DNA of 64,000 bases from an uncultured Haloferula sp. (GCA_965652295.1 CBFGTS010000009.1:133066-197065), one strand, 5' to 3'. Counted from the stretch's first letter, positions 9,655 to 21,332 are shown. Numbers and translations are program-made. Notes: a model not told the origin generated them from the letters alone.

Positions 9655-11946
9655 ATGTCAACCCAGCCCGCACTTCGTGTGCGACGGCCTTTTGCCGTCG
9701 CAGCTCTATCTCTTGCCCTCGTCGCCCCGCTTCATGCGGAGGATTCACCGGCCGATCTGGTCGTGACCCTCCAGGGGTCCGACTCCACCCACAGTTTCTC
9801 GCACGGCAATACCTATCCAGCGGTCGCTCTGCCCTTCGCGATGAATGCCTGGTCGCCCTTCACCCAGCCGGTGAAGGATTCGTTCTTCTACCAATACCGG
9901 CAGACCAAGCTCCGCGGCTTGCGCCAGACCCACCAGCCGAGCCCATGGATCGCCGATTACGCCGCCTTCGCCGTGATGCCGGTCAGCGGCGAGCTGGTCT
10001 GCGACGAAGAAGGCCGCGCGTCCGAGTTCAGCCATCAGCGGGAGATCGCGAAGCCCTACCACTACAAGGTGAAGATGGACACCTGGGATGTCGTCGCCGA
10101 GCTGACTCCCACCGAGCGCTGCGCTTCGTTCCGCTTCACTTATCCCGATGACAAAGACGCTTTCGTGGTCCTCGATGCGTTTCCGAAAGGTTCCTCGGTC
10201 GAGGTCCAGCCGGACGAGAACCGAATCATCGGCTGGGTGAAGAACAACAACGGCGGTGTGCCGGAGAATTTCGCCAATTATTTCGTCGTCCAGTTCGACC
10301 AGCCGTTCCTCGATCAGGGCACTTGGAAGCCCGGCTCCGAACCCACGAAGGACCTCAAGGCCGAGGACGAACACGTCGGTGCGTGGGTGAAAGTTGACCC
10401 CGCCAAGGGACCCGTGACTTTCCGGGTCGCGTCGTCGTTCATCGACCTCGACCAAGCCGAGGTGACGCTTGAGCGCGAGATCGGCGACCTCTCTTTCGAT
10501 GAGGTGAAGGACAAGGCTTTCAAGCGCTGGAACGAGATCCTCGGCAAGATCGAGATTGAGGGCGGCTTGCCCGATCAACGGCGCACCTTTTACACCGCGC
10601 TCTACCGCTCGACCTTGTTTCCCCACCGTCTCAACGAACCCGACAAGAACGGCAAAGACCGCTACTACAGCCCCTATGATGGCAAGGTTCACAACGGGGT
10701 GATGTTCACCGACAGCGGCTTCTGGGACACCTTCCGCTGCGTCCATCCGCTCTTCAACATCCTGTTCCCCGAGCTGAACGAGGAGATCCTCACCGGCGTC
10801 CTCGCCGCCTACGACCAGAGCGGCTGGCTGCCCGCCTGGGCGAGCCCCGGTCACCGCCCGTGCATGATCGGCAACCACGCCTTCTCGCTCTTCGCCGACG
10901 CCTGGGCCAAGGGCAATCGCGACTTCGATGCCAAGAAGGCGGTCAAGGCGATGCTCCACGATTCGGAAAATGAAGGACCGATGCATTCGATCGGGCGCGA
11001 CGGTGCTCCGTCCTATCTGGAACGCGGATACGCATCCCACGACAAGACCCACGAGTCCGCCGCCAAGACGCTCGAATACGCATACAACGACTACTGCGCG
11101 ATGCTCGTCGCCGAGGGTGTCGGCAACAAGCAGGCCGCGGAAACGTTCCGCGAGCGGACCCAGAACTACAAAAAGCTCTGGGACCCCGAGGTGAAGTTCA
11201 TGCGCGGACGGCTTTCCGACGGCGAATGGATGCCGGACTTCGATCCCGCCCGCTGGGGAAGCCCGTTCACCGAAGGTTGCTCGTGGCACTACACCTGGAG
11301 CGTTTTCCACGACATGCAGGGGCTCATCGACCTGATGGGCGGTGACCAGGCTTTCACCGAAAAACTCGACTCCGTCTTCCAGGCCGACCCGCGCGTCAAC
11401 ACCGGCGCCTACGGCGGCATGATCCACGAAATGGCTGAAATGGTCGCCGCCAACATGGGGCAATACGCGCACGGCAATCAGCCGATCCAGCACATGATCT
11501 ATCTCTACGGATACGCCGGCCAGCCGTGGAAAACCCAGGCACGGGTCCGTGAAGTCATGAACCGGCTCTATTTCCCCACGCCCGACGGCCTCTGCGGCGA
11601 TGAAGACAACGGGCAGACTTCCGCCTGGTATGTCTTCAGCGCGCTCGGGATGTACCCGGTGAATCCCGCGAGCGATGAATACGTGATCGGCAGCCCGCTC
11701 TTCGACAAGGCGACGCTGCATCTCGACAACGGCAAGACCTTCGTCGTCACGGCCGACACCAACGGTCCGATGCGCCCCTACATTCAGGAAGCCAGCCTCA
11801 ACGGCGAGCCGCTGAACCGCTGCTTCCTGCGTCACGGCGAGATCGCCGGCGGAGGCGAAGTGCGGTTCCGCATGGATTCCTTCAAAAAGGAAGACTGGGC
11901 CGCCGGACCGGACGCCCGCCCCTCCTCGCAGTCCGCCCGGGATTGA
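9655..11946 (+). CDS. GH92 alpha-mannosidase
   Basis: Signal peptide; GNTYP, THQPSPWI, WDTFR, TLEYAY, HGNQP and GDEDNGQTSAWYVFSALG motifs. Confidence 0.92.
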   Translation: MSTQPALRVRRPFAVAALSLALVAPLHAEDSPADLVVTLQGSDSTHSFSHGNTYPAVALPFAMNAWSPFTQPVKDSFFYQYRQTKLRGLRQTHQPSPWIADYAAFAVMPVSGELVCDEEGRASEFSHQREIAKPYHYKVKMDTWDVVAELTPTERCASFRFTYPDDKDAFVVLDAFPKGSSVEVQPDENRIIGWVKNNNGGVPENFANYFVVQFDQPFLDQGTWKPGSEPTKDLKAEDEHVGAWVKVDPAKGPVTFRVASSFIDLDQAEVTLEREIGDLSFDEVKDKAFKRWNEILGKIEIEGGLPDQRRTFYTALYRSTLFPHRLNEPDKNGKDRYYSPYDGKVHNGVMFTDSGFWDTFRCVHPLFNILFPELNEEILTGVLAAYDQSGWLPAWASPGHRPCMIGNHAFSLFADAWAKGNRDFDAKKAVKAMLHDSENEGPMHSIGRDGAPSYLERGYASHDKTHESAAKTLEYAYNDYCAMLVAEGVGNKQAAETFRERTQNYKKLWDPEVKFMRGRLSDGEWMPDFDPARWGSPFTEGCSWHYTWSVFHDMQGLIDLMGGDQAFTEKLDSVFQADPRVNTGAYGGMIHEMAEMVAANMGQYAHGNQPIQHMIYLYGYAGQPWKTQARVREVMNRLYFPTPDGLCGDEDNGQTSAWYVFSALGMYPVNPASDEYVIGSPLFDKATLHLDNGKTFVVTADTNGPMRPYIQEASLNGEPLNRCFLRHGEIAGGGEVRFRMDSFKKEDWAAGPDARPSSQSARD

Positions 11947-12035
11947 CGCGCCCCGTTCCGCCCGCCTGCACCACGATCCCGGCGCTCGCGGCATTCTGCT
12001 AGAACCCTTCATCTCCAAGAAACCATAAAGCCCAT

Positions 12036-13196
12036 ATGAAACTCCATACCATGCCGATCCTGTTGGCCTTCCTCCTCATGGGGGTGGCCGATGCCATGGG
12101 GCCGCTGTCCGACGCCGTGAAGAAGCAGTTCCAGCTCTCCACGGTGATGGCGACGCTGATGCCCTTCTTCGTGTTCATCGCCTTCGCCATCTTCAGCGTG
12201 CCCGGCGGGGTTCTCGCCGCGCGGATCGGAAAGAAGAAGGTCCTGCTCCTGGGTCTCGGGCTCAATACCATCGCGGTGGCGGTGCCCGCTTTCATGAACC
12301 CACCCTACGCATTGCTGCTGGCCTGCATCTTTCTGTTGGGCGTCGGCACCACCTTCCTGCAGGTCGCGGGGAATCCCATCATGCGCGATGTCAGCCCTCC
12401 CGGCGACTACAGCCGCAACCTCGCCCTGGCCCAGGGATTCAAGGGCATTGGCAGCTCCGCTTCCGCCTTGCTGCCTTATGTCATCGGCGGCGTCGCCATC
12501 CTCGCCGCCATGGGCTGGCGCGGTGCGTTTCCCATCTTCTTCGCGCTGATGGCGATCGCCTTCGTGCTCGTCGCCATGATGAAGATCGATGAAGCCAAGG
12601 CCGAAGTCCCACCCAGCATCGGCAGCTCTCTGGCGCTGCTCAGCATTCCGACCTTCGCCCTGGCCGTGCTGGGCATCTTCCTCTACGTCGGCGCGGAAGT
12701 CTGCATGGGCACCTTCCTCAAGCCCGTCCTCGCGGATTTGGGCATGTCCGAGGAAAAGGCCGCCGGTTTCGGTCCCACGATGTTCTTCGCCTTCGTCACC
12801 GTCGGCCGGTTGGTCGCCGGCGTCATCAAGATCAACCCCCATACCTTCTTCCGCGCTTCCGCCCTGCTCGGCCTCATCGGCGTCGGCTGCGTGATGTCCG
12901 GCATCCAGCAGCTCGCCCTGGTCGGCGTGGTGCTCGGCGGGCTCGGCTTCGCCAACATCTGGCCGATGCTGTTTTCGATCACCGTCGAGGAGAAACCGGA
13001 AGCCTCCAGCGAGCTTTCCGGCCTCATGTGCATGGCGATTTCCGGCGGAGCCCTGGTGCCGCTGGTGATGGGCAAATTGGTGGACACCGGCATGGCCAAG
13101 ACGCTCGCCTTCGGCGTCCCCGCCGTGTGCTTCGTCTATCTCCTTCTGCTTTCCCTGAAGAGCGGCAAATCCACTCCGGCCGTCACCGCCGCCTGA
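12036..13196 (+). CDS. MFS sugar transporter (FucP/GluP-like)
   Basis: About 12 TM helices; LQVAGNP and GIFLYVGAEV motifs; context between mannosidase and kinase. Confidence 0.85.
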   Translation: MKLHTMPILLAFLLMGVADAMGPLSDAVKKQFQLSTVMATLMPFFVFIAFAIFSVPGGVLAARIGKKKVLLLGLGLNTIAVAVPAFMNPPYALLLACIFLLGVGTTFLQVAGNPIMRDVSPPGDYSRNLALAQGFKGIGSSASALLPYVIGGVAILAAMGWRGAFPIFFALMAIAFVLVAMMKIDEAKAEVPPSIGSSLALLSIPTFALAVLGIFLYVGAEVCMGTFLKPVLADLGMSEEKAAGFGPTMFFAFVTVGRLVAGVIKINPHTFFRASALLGLIGVGCVMSGIQQLALVGVVLGGLGFANIWPMLFSITVEEKPEASSELSGLMCMAISGGALVPLVMGKLVDTGMAKTLAFGVPAVCFVYLLLLSLKSGKSTPAVTAA

Positions 13197-13215
13197 ACCC
13201 AGTCCTGACCGACTC

Positions 13216-14316
13216 ATGCAACTCGAATCCGACTCCCGCATCGTCCTAACGCTCGACGCCGGCGGCACGAACTTCCGCTTCGGTGCCATGCGCGGCGGCA
13301 AACCGCTCATCGAGACCGTGCTCCTGCCGTCGAATGCCGACAACCTGGAGCTCTGCCTGAAGAATCTCATCGAGGGCTTTGAGACCGCCCGCTCGCGCTG
13401 CCCGGAGTCCCCGGTCGCCATCAGCTTCGCGTTTCCGGGACCGTGCGACTACCCCGCGGGCATCATCGGAGATCTGCCGAACCTCCCCGCCTTCCGCGGC
13501 GGCGTGCCGTTGGGTCCGATGCTTCAGGAAAAATTCGGCATCCCCGTGTTCATCAACAACGATGGCGACCTCTTCGTCTATGGCGAGGCGATCGCCGGTT
13601 TGCTGCCCCACGTCAATGCGCTGCTCGAACGCGTCGGCAGCCCGAAGCGCTACAAGAACCTCTTCGGCATCACCCTTGGCACCGGCCTCGGCGGCGGCAT
13701 CGTCCGCGACGGCCACCTTTTCATCGGCGACAACTCGGTGGCCGCCGAAGTCTGGACCGTGCGCAACAAGCTCGACCCCCAGATGAACGCCGAAGAAGGA
13801 GCCTGCATCCGTGCCGTACGTCGCGTCTATGGCGAGCGGACCGGCACGCCTTTCGAGGAAACGCCGGAGCCGAAGGTGATCCACGACATCGCCCAAGGCA
13901 TCGAGCCCGGCAATGTCGACGCCGCCCGCGAGGCCTTCCGCCGCCTCGGCGAAGTGGCCGGCGACGTCATGGCCACGGCGCTCACGCTGCTCGATGGCAT
14001 CGGCGTCATCGGCGGCGGCGTCTCCGGCGCATGGTCCGCGTTCCTGCCGGCCTTGATCGAGGAAATGAACAGCGACTTCATTTCGCCCGACGGCAGCCGC
14101 TTCCGCCGTATGCCCGCCCGGGCCTTCAACCTCGAAGACCCCGCACAGCTTGAAACCTTCCTCAAAGGCGAATCGCGCGAGGTCGCCATTCCCGGCTCCG
14201 ACCGCACCGTGCTCTACGATCCCATGCAGCGCACCGGCGTCGGCATGAGCCGCCTCGGCACCAGCGAGGCGATCTCCCTCGGGGCCTACGCCTACGCCCT
14301 GCAACAACTTGGCTGA
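13216..14316 (+). CDS. ROK-family hexose (mannose/glucose) kinase
   Basis: LDAGGTNFRF, AFPGP, INNDGD and TLGTGLGGG motifs. Confidence 0.85.
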   Translation: MQLESDSRIVLTLDAGGTNFRFGAMRGGKPLIETVLLPSNADNLELCLKNLIEGFETARSRCPESPVAISFAFPGPCDYPAGIIGDLPNLPAFRGGVPLGPMLQEKFGIPVFINNDGDLFVYGEAIAGLLPHVNALLERVGSPKRYKNLFGITLGTGLGGGIVRDGHLFIGDNSVAAEVWTVRNKLDPQMNAEEGACIRAVRRVYGERTGTPFEETPEPKVIHDIAQGIEPGNVDAAREAFRRLGEVAGDVMATALTLLDGIGVIGGGVSGAWSAFLPALIEEMNSDFISPDGSRFRRMPARAFNLEDPAQLETFLKGESREVAIPGSDRTVLYDPMQRTGVGMSRLGTSEAISLGAYAYALQQLG

Positions 14317-14331
14317 CATCTCAGACATCTC

Positions 14332-15744
14332 ATGAAATCGACCCAAGCCCTTCGTTTCCTCCTCGCCGCCGCGGTCGCCGCGCCGCTGCTCGCCGCCGAT
14401 CCTCCGACCGCCCGCCCACCGGTCGACGAACGGCACTTCCACAGCGAGGCCGTCGAAACGTTCATCGACAAGGTCAAGGCCGACATCGCCGATGGCGAAA
14501 CCGCCCGCACCTTCGAGAACTGCTTCCCGAACACCCTTGATACCACCGTTTACTACACGGAGGAAAACGGCGTGCCGGACACCTACATCATCACCGGCGA
14601 CATCGATGCCATGTGGCTGCGCGACTCATCCGCGCAGGTGAACCACTACATTCCGCTCGCCAAGGACGACGAGAAACTCGCCAATCTGATCGAAGGTCTG
14701 ATCCGCCGCCAGACGCGCTACATCCTCATCGATCCCTACGCCAATGCCTTCTACCCCGAGCCTGACAAGGTCGGCGAATGGCAGAGCGACATGACCGAGA
14801 TGCAGCCCGGCGTGCACGAACGGAAGTGGGAACTCGACTCACTGACCTACTGCATCCGCCTCGCGTGGAAATACTGGAAGGCCACCGGCGACACCGCGCC
14901 CTTCGACGAGACCTGGCTGGACGCGATGCAGCTCGCCGTGGACACCATGATCGTCCAACAGCGCAAGAATGGCAAAGGTCCCTACAGTTTCATGCGCAAG
15001 ACCGAGTGGCAGACGGACACCGTGCCCGGCGCGGGCTTCGGCAATCCGATCAAGCCCACCGGCATGATCTGCTCGACCTTCCGCAACTCCGACGACGCCG
15101 CCACCTATCTCTTCAACATTCCCGAGAACCTAATGGCCGTCGTCAACCTCCGCCGCCTGGCCGAAATGCTCGATGCCTTGGAGAAAAAGCCCGAACTGGC
15201 CAAGACCGCCCGCGAGCTGGCCGACGAGGTCGAGAACGCCGTCAAGCAGCATGGCATCGTCGATCATCCGAAACACGGCCGCATGTACGCCTACGAAGTC
15301 GACGGCTTCGGCAACGTCCTCATGATCGACGACGCCGGCCTGCCGAGCATCGTCGCCATCCCCTACCTCGGCTACGGCTCGATCGATGACGAGGTCTACC
15401 AGAACTCCCGTAGTTTCGCGCTGAGCGAGGACAACCCGTATTTCTACAAAGGCAAGGCCGCGGAAGGCACCGGCAGTCCGCACCTCGCCCGCGCCGGCGA
15501 CGGACTCATCTGGCCGATGGGCATCTCCTCCCGCGTGCTGACCAGCGACGATCCGCAGGAAATCGACAAGTGCCTGGAAATGCTCGTCCAGAACACCGGC
15601 GGCACCGGTTTCATGCACGAGGGCTTCCACAAGGACGACGGCGACAACTACACCCGTCCGTGGTTCGCGTGGTCCAACTCGCTTTTCGGCGAGGCGGTCG
15701 TCTACACGTGGAAGAACCACCCCGAGGTGCTCAAGCAGCCCTGA
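14332..15744 (+). CDS. GH125 exo-alpha-1,6-mannosidase
   Basis: FENCFPNTLDTT, ITGDIDAMWLRDS, ERKWELDS, AYEVDG, MHE and TRPWFAWSN motifs. Confidence 0.92.
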   Translation: MKSTQALRFLLAAAVAAPLLAADPPTARPPVDERHFHSEAVETFIDKVKADIADGETARTFENCFPNTLDTTVYYTEENGVPDTYIITGDIDAMWLRDSSAQVNHYIPLAKDDEKLANLIEGLIRRQTRYILIDPYANAFYPEPDKVGEWQSDMTEMQPGVHERKWELDSLTYCIRLAWKYWKATGDTAPFDETWLDAMQLAVDTMIVQQRKNGKGPYSFMRKTEWQTDTVPGAGFGNPIKPTGMICSTFRNSDDAATYLFNIPENLMAVVNLRRLAEMLDALEKKPELAKTARELADEVENAVKQHGIVDHPKHGRMYAYEVDGFGNVLMIDDAGLPSIVAIPYLGYGSIDDEVYQNSRSFALSEDNPYFYKGKAAEGTGSPHLARAGDGLIWPMGISSRVLTSDDPQEIDKCLEMLVQNTGGTGFMHEGFHKDDGDNYTRPWFAWSNSLFGEAVVYTWKNHPEVLKQP

Positions 15745-15772
15745 TTCCGGGAAAAGACTTTCCGCAAGTTCC

Positions 15773-15806
15773 GGCCCGCCTCCCGTTTTCGGGAAGCGGG
15801 CCGTTT
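15773..15806. terminator. Hairpin between convergent GH125 and pfk genes
   Basis: GGCCCGCCTCCCG-TTTT-CGGGAAGCGGGCC stem-loop. Confidence 0.55.
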
Positions 15807-15854
15807 ACTACCTGCTTGCGTCGAAACCGGCGCGCAAGCCACTCCCAGCGAAAT

Positions 15855-17189
15855 TCAACCCTTCATCACCGACGGCTGGCCGGTCGCCTCGACCACCGAG
15901 CGCCAGAAATCGCCGTGCGGATCGACCTTCCGCCGCCCGCGGGTCACGACCTTCATCGGCAGATGGACGAAACGCTGGTGCCAGCGCGCGACCACCATGC
16001 CCGTCTTGCCCGCCATCCCGGCGTGGACGGCGTGGCGGGCGAGGTTGAGGCAAAACACCCGGTCCTCCGGCGCGGCGGGGACACTGCGGATGGTATAACT
16101 CGGATCGATGTATTTCAGAGTCACGTCCTTTCCCTGCTCCTTGAAATGGCGGTTGATCCGGTCGCGCAGGAAAATTCCGATGTCCTCGTGCAGCTTGTTG
16201 CCCGAGGCATCGAGCCGCGCATCCGAAGCCGGGATCAGGTCCTGTCCCGCGCCCTCCGCCACCACGATCACCGCATGGCCGCGCTGTTCGAGCCGCCGCC
16301 CCAGTGCCGCCAGCAGGCCGTGCTCGCCCTCCAGATCGAAGCTCACCTCGGGGATCAGAACGAAATTCACCTCACCGGTGGCGAGCGCCGCCGAGCAGGC
16401 GATGAAGCCGGAGTCGCGACCCATCAGCTTCACCAGCCCGATCCCGTTCCGCGCGCCCCGGGCCTCGGCATGCGCGCCGGTCACCGCGTGGCAGGCGGCT
16501 GCGAAGGCCGTTTGGTAGCCGAAGCTTCGGTCCATGAACATCAGGTCGTTGTCGATCGTCTTCGGCACACCGATGATCGAGATCCCGTTGCCGCGGCTCT
16601 GGCATTCCTCGTAAAGATCGGTGGCACCGCGCTGCGAGCCATCGCCCCCGATCACGAACAGGATATCCACGCCCAGCGCTTCCAGCCGGTTGACCATGAC
16701 CTTGGTGTCCTTCCGTCCCCTCGAGGAGCCGAGAAACGTCCCGCCGAAATACGGAAGATTCATCACCATCTCCGGAGTCAGCTCCAGCGGGCGGTGCCCG
16801 TGGGCGGGATCGAGCCCTTCGTATCCATACTGGATGCCCAAAATACGACGCACGCCGTAGGCGTAGTAGGACTGCATCACGATCGTGCGGATGACGTCAT
16901 TGAGGCCCGGGCAAAGGCCGCCGCAGGTGACGATGGCGACACAGGTCTGGGAGGGGTTGAAATAGATTTCCTTCCGCGGTCCCGCCAGTTCGATCGTCGG
17001 CAGGGCCTCGCCCCGTTCCAGCGCCTCCTCGATTTTCCGGATGTGGTCGCAGAGCACGATGCGGTCGCCATCGGTGTGCCAGCCGGTGCCGTCGGCCGAG
17101 AAATTGCGCTGCCAGCCGGGTGACGGGAATCGCTTTTCGCCGAGGTTCGGGATCTGAAGTTCTTCGAGGGTGATGGAATGATGGCTCAT
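15855..17189 (-). CDS. pfkA: ATP-dependent 6-phosphofructokinase (group X type)
   Basis: VTCGGLCPGLN, IGGDGS, PKTIDND, KLMGRDSGFIA and KYIDPSY motifs. Confidence 0.9.
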   Translation of the reverse strand: MSHHSITLEELQIPNLGEKRFPSPGWQRNFSADGTGWHTDGDRIVLCDHIRKIEEALERGEALPTIELAGPRKEIYFNPSQTCVAIVTCGGLCPGLNDVIRTIVMQSYYAYGVRRILGIQYGYEGLDPAHGHRPLELTPEMVMNLPYFGGTFLGSSRGRKDTKVMVNRLEALGVDILFVIGGDGSQRGATDLYEECQSRGNGISIIGVPKTIDNDLMFMDRSFGYQTAFAAACHAVTGAHAEARGARNGIGLVKLMGRDSGFIACSAALATGEVNFVLIPEVSFDLEGEHGLLAALGRRLEQRGHAVIVVAEGAGQDLIPASDARLDASGNKLHEDIGIFLRDRINRHFKEQGKDVTLKYIDPSYTIRSVPAAPEDRVFCLNLARHAVHAGMAGKTGMVVARWHQRFVHLPMKVVTRGRRKVDPHGDFWRSVVEATGQPSVMKG

Positions 17190-17342
17190 GGCGTTTGGCG
17201 GAACGACGTGAAGCTAGCACGATGCCGGACGGGGACGAATCCCATGGCTTGCGCAATGTCCCGCGGATTCTGATTTCCCCGCGCATGAATCCTGAATTCC
17301 CGATGGACCTTGCGGGGCATTGCCCGAAATTGGGGCCGCGCC

Positions 17343-18653
17343 ATGCCGGAGAAACCCCGCCCTCAGATCCCCGATACGACCACGGGTGACGTGCGGCGGC
17401 TACCGGCGGGAAGGTGGCGGCTGCCGGAGGCTCTGTCGGCCTTCAGCCACCGGAACTACCGGATCTTCTTCACCGGACAGGCTGTCTCGCTGATCGGAAC
17501 CTGGCTGCAATCCACCGCGGAAGGTTGGCTGGTTTATCAGCTCAGCGGCTCCTCGGTCGCGCTCGGCTTCATCCGCTTCGCCCACATGCTGCCCTTCGCG
17601 CTGCTGGCGCTATGGGGCGGGATCGCGGCCGACCGGCACCCGAAACGCTCGATCCTCCTCTGCACCCAGACCGCATCGATGATGCTGGCGCTGCTGCTGG
17701 CCCTGCTCGTCTGGCAGGACGTCATCGAAGTCTGGCACGTCGCCGCCATCGGCTTCCTGCTCGGCACGGTCAACGCCTTCGATGTGCCCGCACGGCAGTC
17801 CTTCGTGGTCGAACTGGTGGGCCGCGACAACCTCGACAACGGCATCGCGCTGAATTCGTCCATGTTCAACCTCGCCCGGGTCATCGGTCCCGCGGTGGCC
17901 GGGCTGCTGATCGGTTTGGTGGGAATGGCGGGCTGTTTCCTGCTCAACGGCCTTTCCTACCTCGCGGTCATCGCCGGCTACCTGATGCTGCGATTGCCCC
18001 ATTTCGAGAAACGGCGGGATCATCCCACCTTCGGCAGCGCGATCCGCGAGGCCGGTGCCTACATCCTCGGCAACGGGCCGCTGCGGAGGATCATGATGCT
18101 CGTTTCGACCTTCAGCATTTTCGGGATCAGCTTCATCGTGCTGATGCCGGTCTTCGCCAAAGACATCCTCGGTGGCGACGCGGCCACCTTCGGCACGCTC
18201 ATGGCCTGCAATGGCGGCGGTGCGCTGGCCGGTGCCCTGACGCTGGCCACCTTCGGCAAACGGTTCCGCCGCCGGACCCGTCTCTATGCCGGCCTCTTCG
18301 GATGCAGCGCGCTGAACGTCGTTTTCGCGCTGTCCCGTATCGAGTGGCTCTCCTGCCTGCTGCTGCTTTTCTCCGGGTTCTTCATGATCATCTTCCTGGC
18401 GACCGCGAACACCTCCACCCAGCTGCGTTCGCCCGACGCCCTGCGCGGCCGGATCATGGGTTTCTATTCGCTCGCCTTCCTCGGGCTCAGCTCGGTCGGC
18501 AGCCTGCTGACCGGGTTTCTGGCGAAACATCTCGGTACCCCGCAGACCGTGGCACTGGGCGCGACCGTCTGCGCTGTGATTGGGTCGTTGCTCCTCCGGC
18601 GCATCACCCCCTTGGCTGCCGATCCTCGTGCCGAGCAGGAAAAGTCCGACTGA
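17343..18653 (+). CDS. MFS transporter (H+ antiporter-like)
   Basis: RNYRIFFTGQAVSLIGTW, FDVPARQS, ALNSSMFNLARVIGP and LRGRIMGFY. Confidence 0.85.
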   Translation: MPEKPRPQIPDTTTGDVRRLPAGRWRLPEALSAFSHRNYRIFFTGQAVSLIGTWLQSTAEGWLVYQLSGSSVALGFIRFAHMLPFALLALWGGIAADRHPKRSILLCTQTASMMLALLLALLVWQDVIEVWHVAAIGFLLGTVNAFDVPARQSFVVELVGRDNLDNGIALNSSMFNLARVIGPAVAGLLIGLVGMAGCFLLNGLSYLAVIAGYLMLRLPHFEKRRDHPTFGSAIREAGAYILGNGPLRRIMMLVSTFSIFGISFIVLMPVFAKDILGGDAATFGTLMACNGGGALAGALTLATFGKRFRRRTRLYAGLFGCSALNVVFALSRIEWLSCLLLLFSGFFMIIFLATANTSTQLRSPDALRGRIMGFYSLAFLGLSSVGSLLTGFLAKHLGTPQTVALGATVCAVIGSLLLRRITPLAADPRAEQEKSD

Positions 18654-18695
18654 GCCCTCTACTTTAGACTGGCTCCTCTGTGAGCTTCTCCGACC

Positions 18696-19124
18696 TCACT
18701 CCTTCCCATCGAGGTATTTCCACTCCCCCCGATGGCGGCGGAAGCGCGACACCTCATGAAGCTCCTGCGGTTCGCCCTGCACAAAATACGTCGCCACGAA
18801 CTCGACCTTGCCGACCTTGTCGTCCCGCTCGCCCTTCGCCTTCCCGAGGATCTCCAGCCCGGCCCAGTTCACCTGATGGATCATCTTCTCGATCTCCTTC
18901 CGCAAGCCCGGCTCGCGGGTGTCCGGATGGGTTGTCTCCACCAGATACCCGGTAAGACGGAAATAGTAGGCGCTGTAGCGCGACCGCATCAACTGCTCCG
19001 CCGTCGCCGGCTTCGCCTTCGAGTGATGGAACGGCATGCAGCAGGTTTCATACGACCGGCCGCTCTTGCACGGGCAAGCGCCTTCGTATCGCGGACGGAC
19101 GGTTTTTCCTGATGGCTTGCTCAC
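18696..19124 (-). CDS. YchJ-family SEC-C motif protein
   Basis: CPCKSGRSYETCC, TAEQLMRSRYSAY, VEFVA, HEVSRF and WKYLDG. Confidence 0.88.
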   Translation of the reverse strand: MSKPSGKTVRPRYEGACPCKSGRSYETCCMPFHHSKAKPATAEQLMRSRYSAYYFRLTGYLVETTHPDTREPGLRKEIEKMIHQVNWAGLEILGKAKGERDDKVGKVEFVATYFVQGEPQELHEVSRFRRHRGEWKYLDGKE

Positions 19125-19131
19125 AATGAAT

Positions 19132-19989
19132 TCAATCTTCTCTCATCGACCGGATCGCCAGCAGCAGCGCGCCGCGGATGCCGGCCTGCTGCCCGTGACG
19201 GGGCGGGACGATGAACGTCTCCTCACCCTCCGCCACCGGGAAATACCCGGCCGCCCGCTCGCGGACCAGCTTTTCAACCCGCGCATGAAATCCCTCCGCC
19301 TGCGACACCCCGCCGCCGATCACGATCCGCCGCGGCGAAACAGTCGCCAGCAGGGTCATCACGGCCTCCGCCAGATAGTGGGCCTCGAACTCCCACGCCC
19401 GGTGATCGTCCGGCAGATCCTTCGCTTCCTTTCCCCAGCGCTTCGCGATCGATGGGCCGCTCGCCATCCCCTCAAGACAGTCCTTGTGGAACGGGCAGAC
19501 TCCTTCGAAATCGTCGCCCTCCGCGCGCACCGGCCGCCAGTGACCGAATTCCGGATGCAATGCTCCGTGCACCAGCCGTCCGTCCGACAAAATCCCGCCG
19601 CCGATCCCGGTCCCGATGGTGATGTAGACCAGATCCGGAAGCCCCCCCGCCTCCGCCAGCGCCGCCGCGTTCACATCCGTATCCAGCGCGAACGAAGCCC
19701 CGGGAAACGCATCGGACAGCGCCCCGCGGATCGAGAATCCCTTCCACCCCGGCTTCGGCGTCGATAGCATGCTGCCGTATTCCACGCTCGTGGGATTCAC
19801 ATCCACCGGTCCGAACGCGGCCACGCCGATCGCCGACGGCTGTCCCCGTTCCTTGAACCAGGCGATGGCCCTTTCGAAAGTCTCCGGCCCGTCCGTCGTC
19901 TCATAGCGATGCTCCTCGAGCACCTCCCCGGCCCCGTTGCCGATGGCCACCACCGTCTTGGTGCCTCCCATTTCAATGCCGCAAATCAC
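19132..19989 (-). CDS. ROK-family fructokinase
   Basis: GIEMGGTK, FGP, TPKPGW, DTDVNAAA, GTGIGGG, HPEFGH and CPFHKDCLEG motifs. Confidence 0.88.
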   Translation of the reverse strand: MICGIEMGGTKTVVAIGNGAGEVLEEHRYETTDGPETFERAIAWFKERGQPSAIGVAAFGPVDVNPTSVEYGSMLSTPKPGWKGFSIRGALSDAFPGASFALDTDVNAAALAEAGGLPDLVYITIGTGIGGGILSDGRLVHGALHPEFGHWRPVRAEGDDFEGVCPFHKDCLEGMASGPSIAKRWGKEAKDLPDDHRAWEFEAHYLAEAVMTLLATVSPRRIVIGGGVSQAEGFHARVEKLVRERAAGYFPVAEGEETFIVPPRHGQQAGIRGALLLAIRSMRED

Positions 19990-20181
19990 AGCCGCAAGGA
20001 ATCACAGGCCCCCGCCGCCCTCCAGCCACAAAATTCGCGCCCTGCGTCAAGCTCCCACCTCGAAAGCTGCTATTCGCCGCCTCGCTTGCAGAACCGGACC
20101 CTACGCGTTCCCTGAGCGAGAATCCGCATTCTGCATTCAGCATTCGACAATTGGCACCCCGGCCGCTACCCCGCCCGGGTC

Positions 20182-21213
<1,032 letters not shown>

Positions 21214-21227
21214 TTTGATCCTTTTGC

Positions 21228-21268
21228 AAAGGAGGGCGGATCCGGTGACGGGTCCGCCTTCTTTTTTT
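21228..21268 (+). terminator. Intrinsic terminator after fbaA (probably bidirectional)
   Basis: AAAGGAGGGCGGATCCG-GTGA-CGGGTCCGCCTTC followed by a T7 tract. Confidence 0.85.
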
Positions 21269-21332
21269 GGGGGGCGGCCCCATGCCAGCAGGAACCCGTG
21301 TTGAGAATCACCCTCCCACTTCCTCGAGGACG

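Noticed and set aside
9745..12018. 757-aa antisense ORF and many similar long shadow ORFs (e.g. 1799-3511, 35587-37215, 38287-40224)
   Set aside because: They lie opposite well-supported genes, lack motifs, and are expected from high-GC codon bias.
17213..17228. Other GG-N10-GC sigma54-like matches (upstream of pfk; also near 32805-32820)
   Set aside because: Too degenerate to distinguish from chance in GC-rich DNA.
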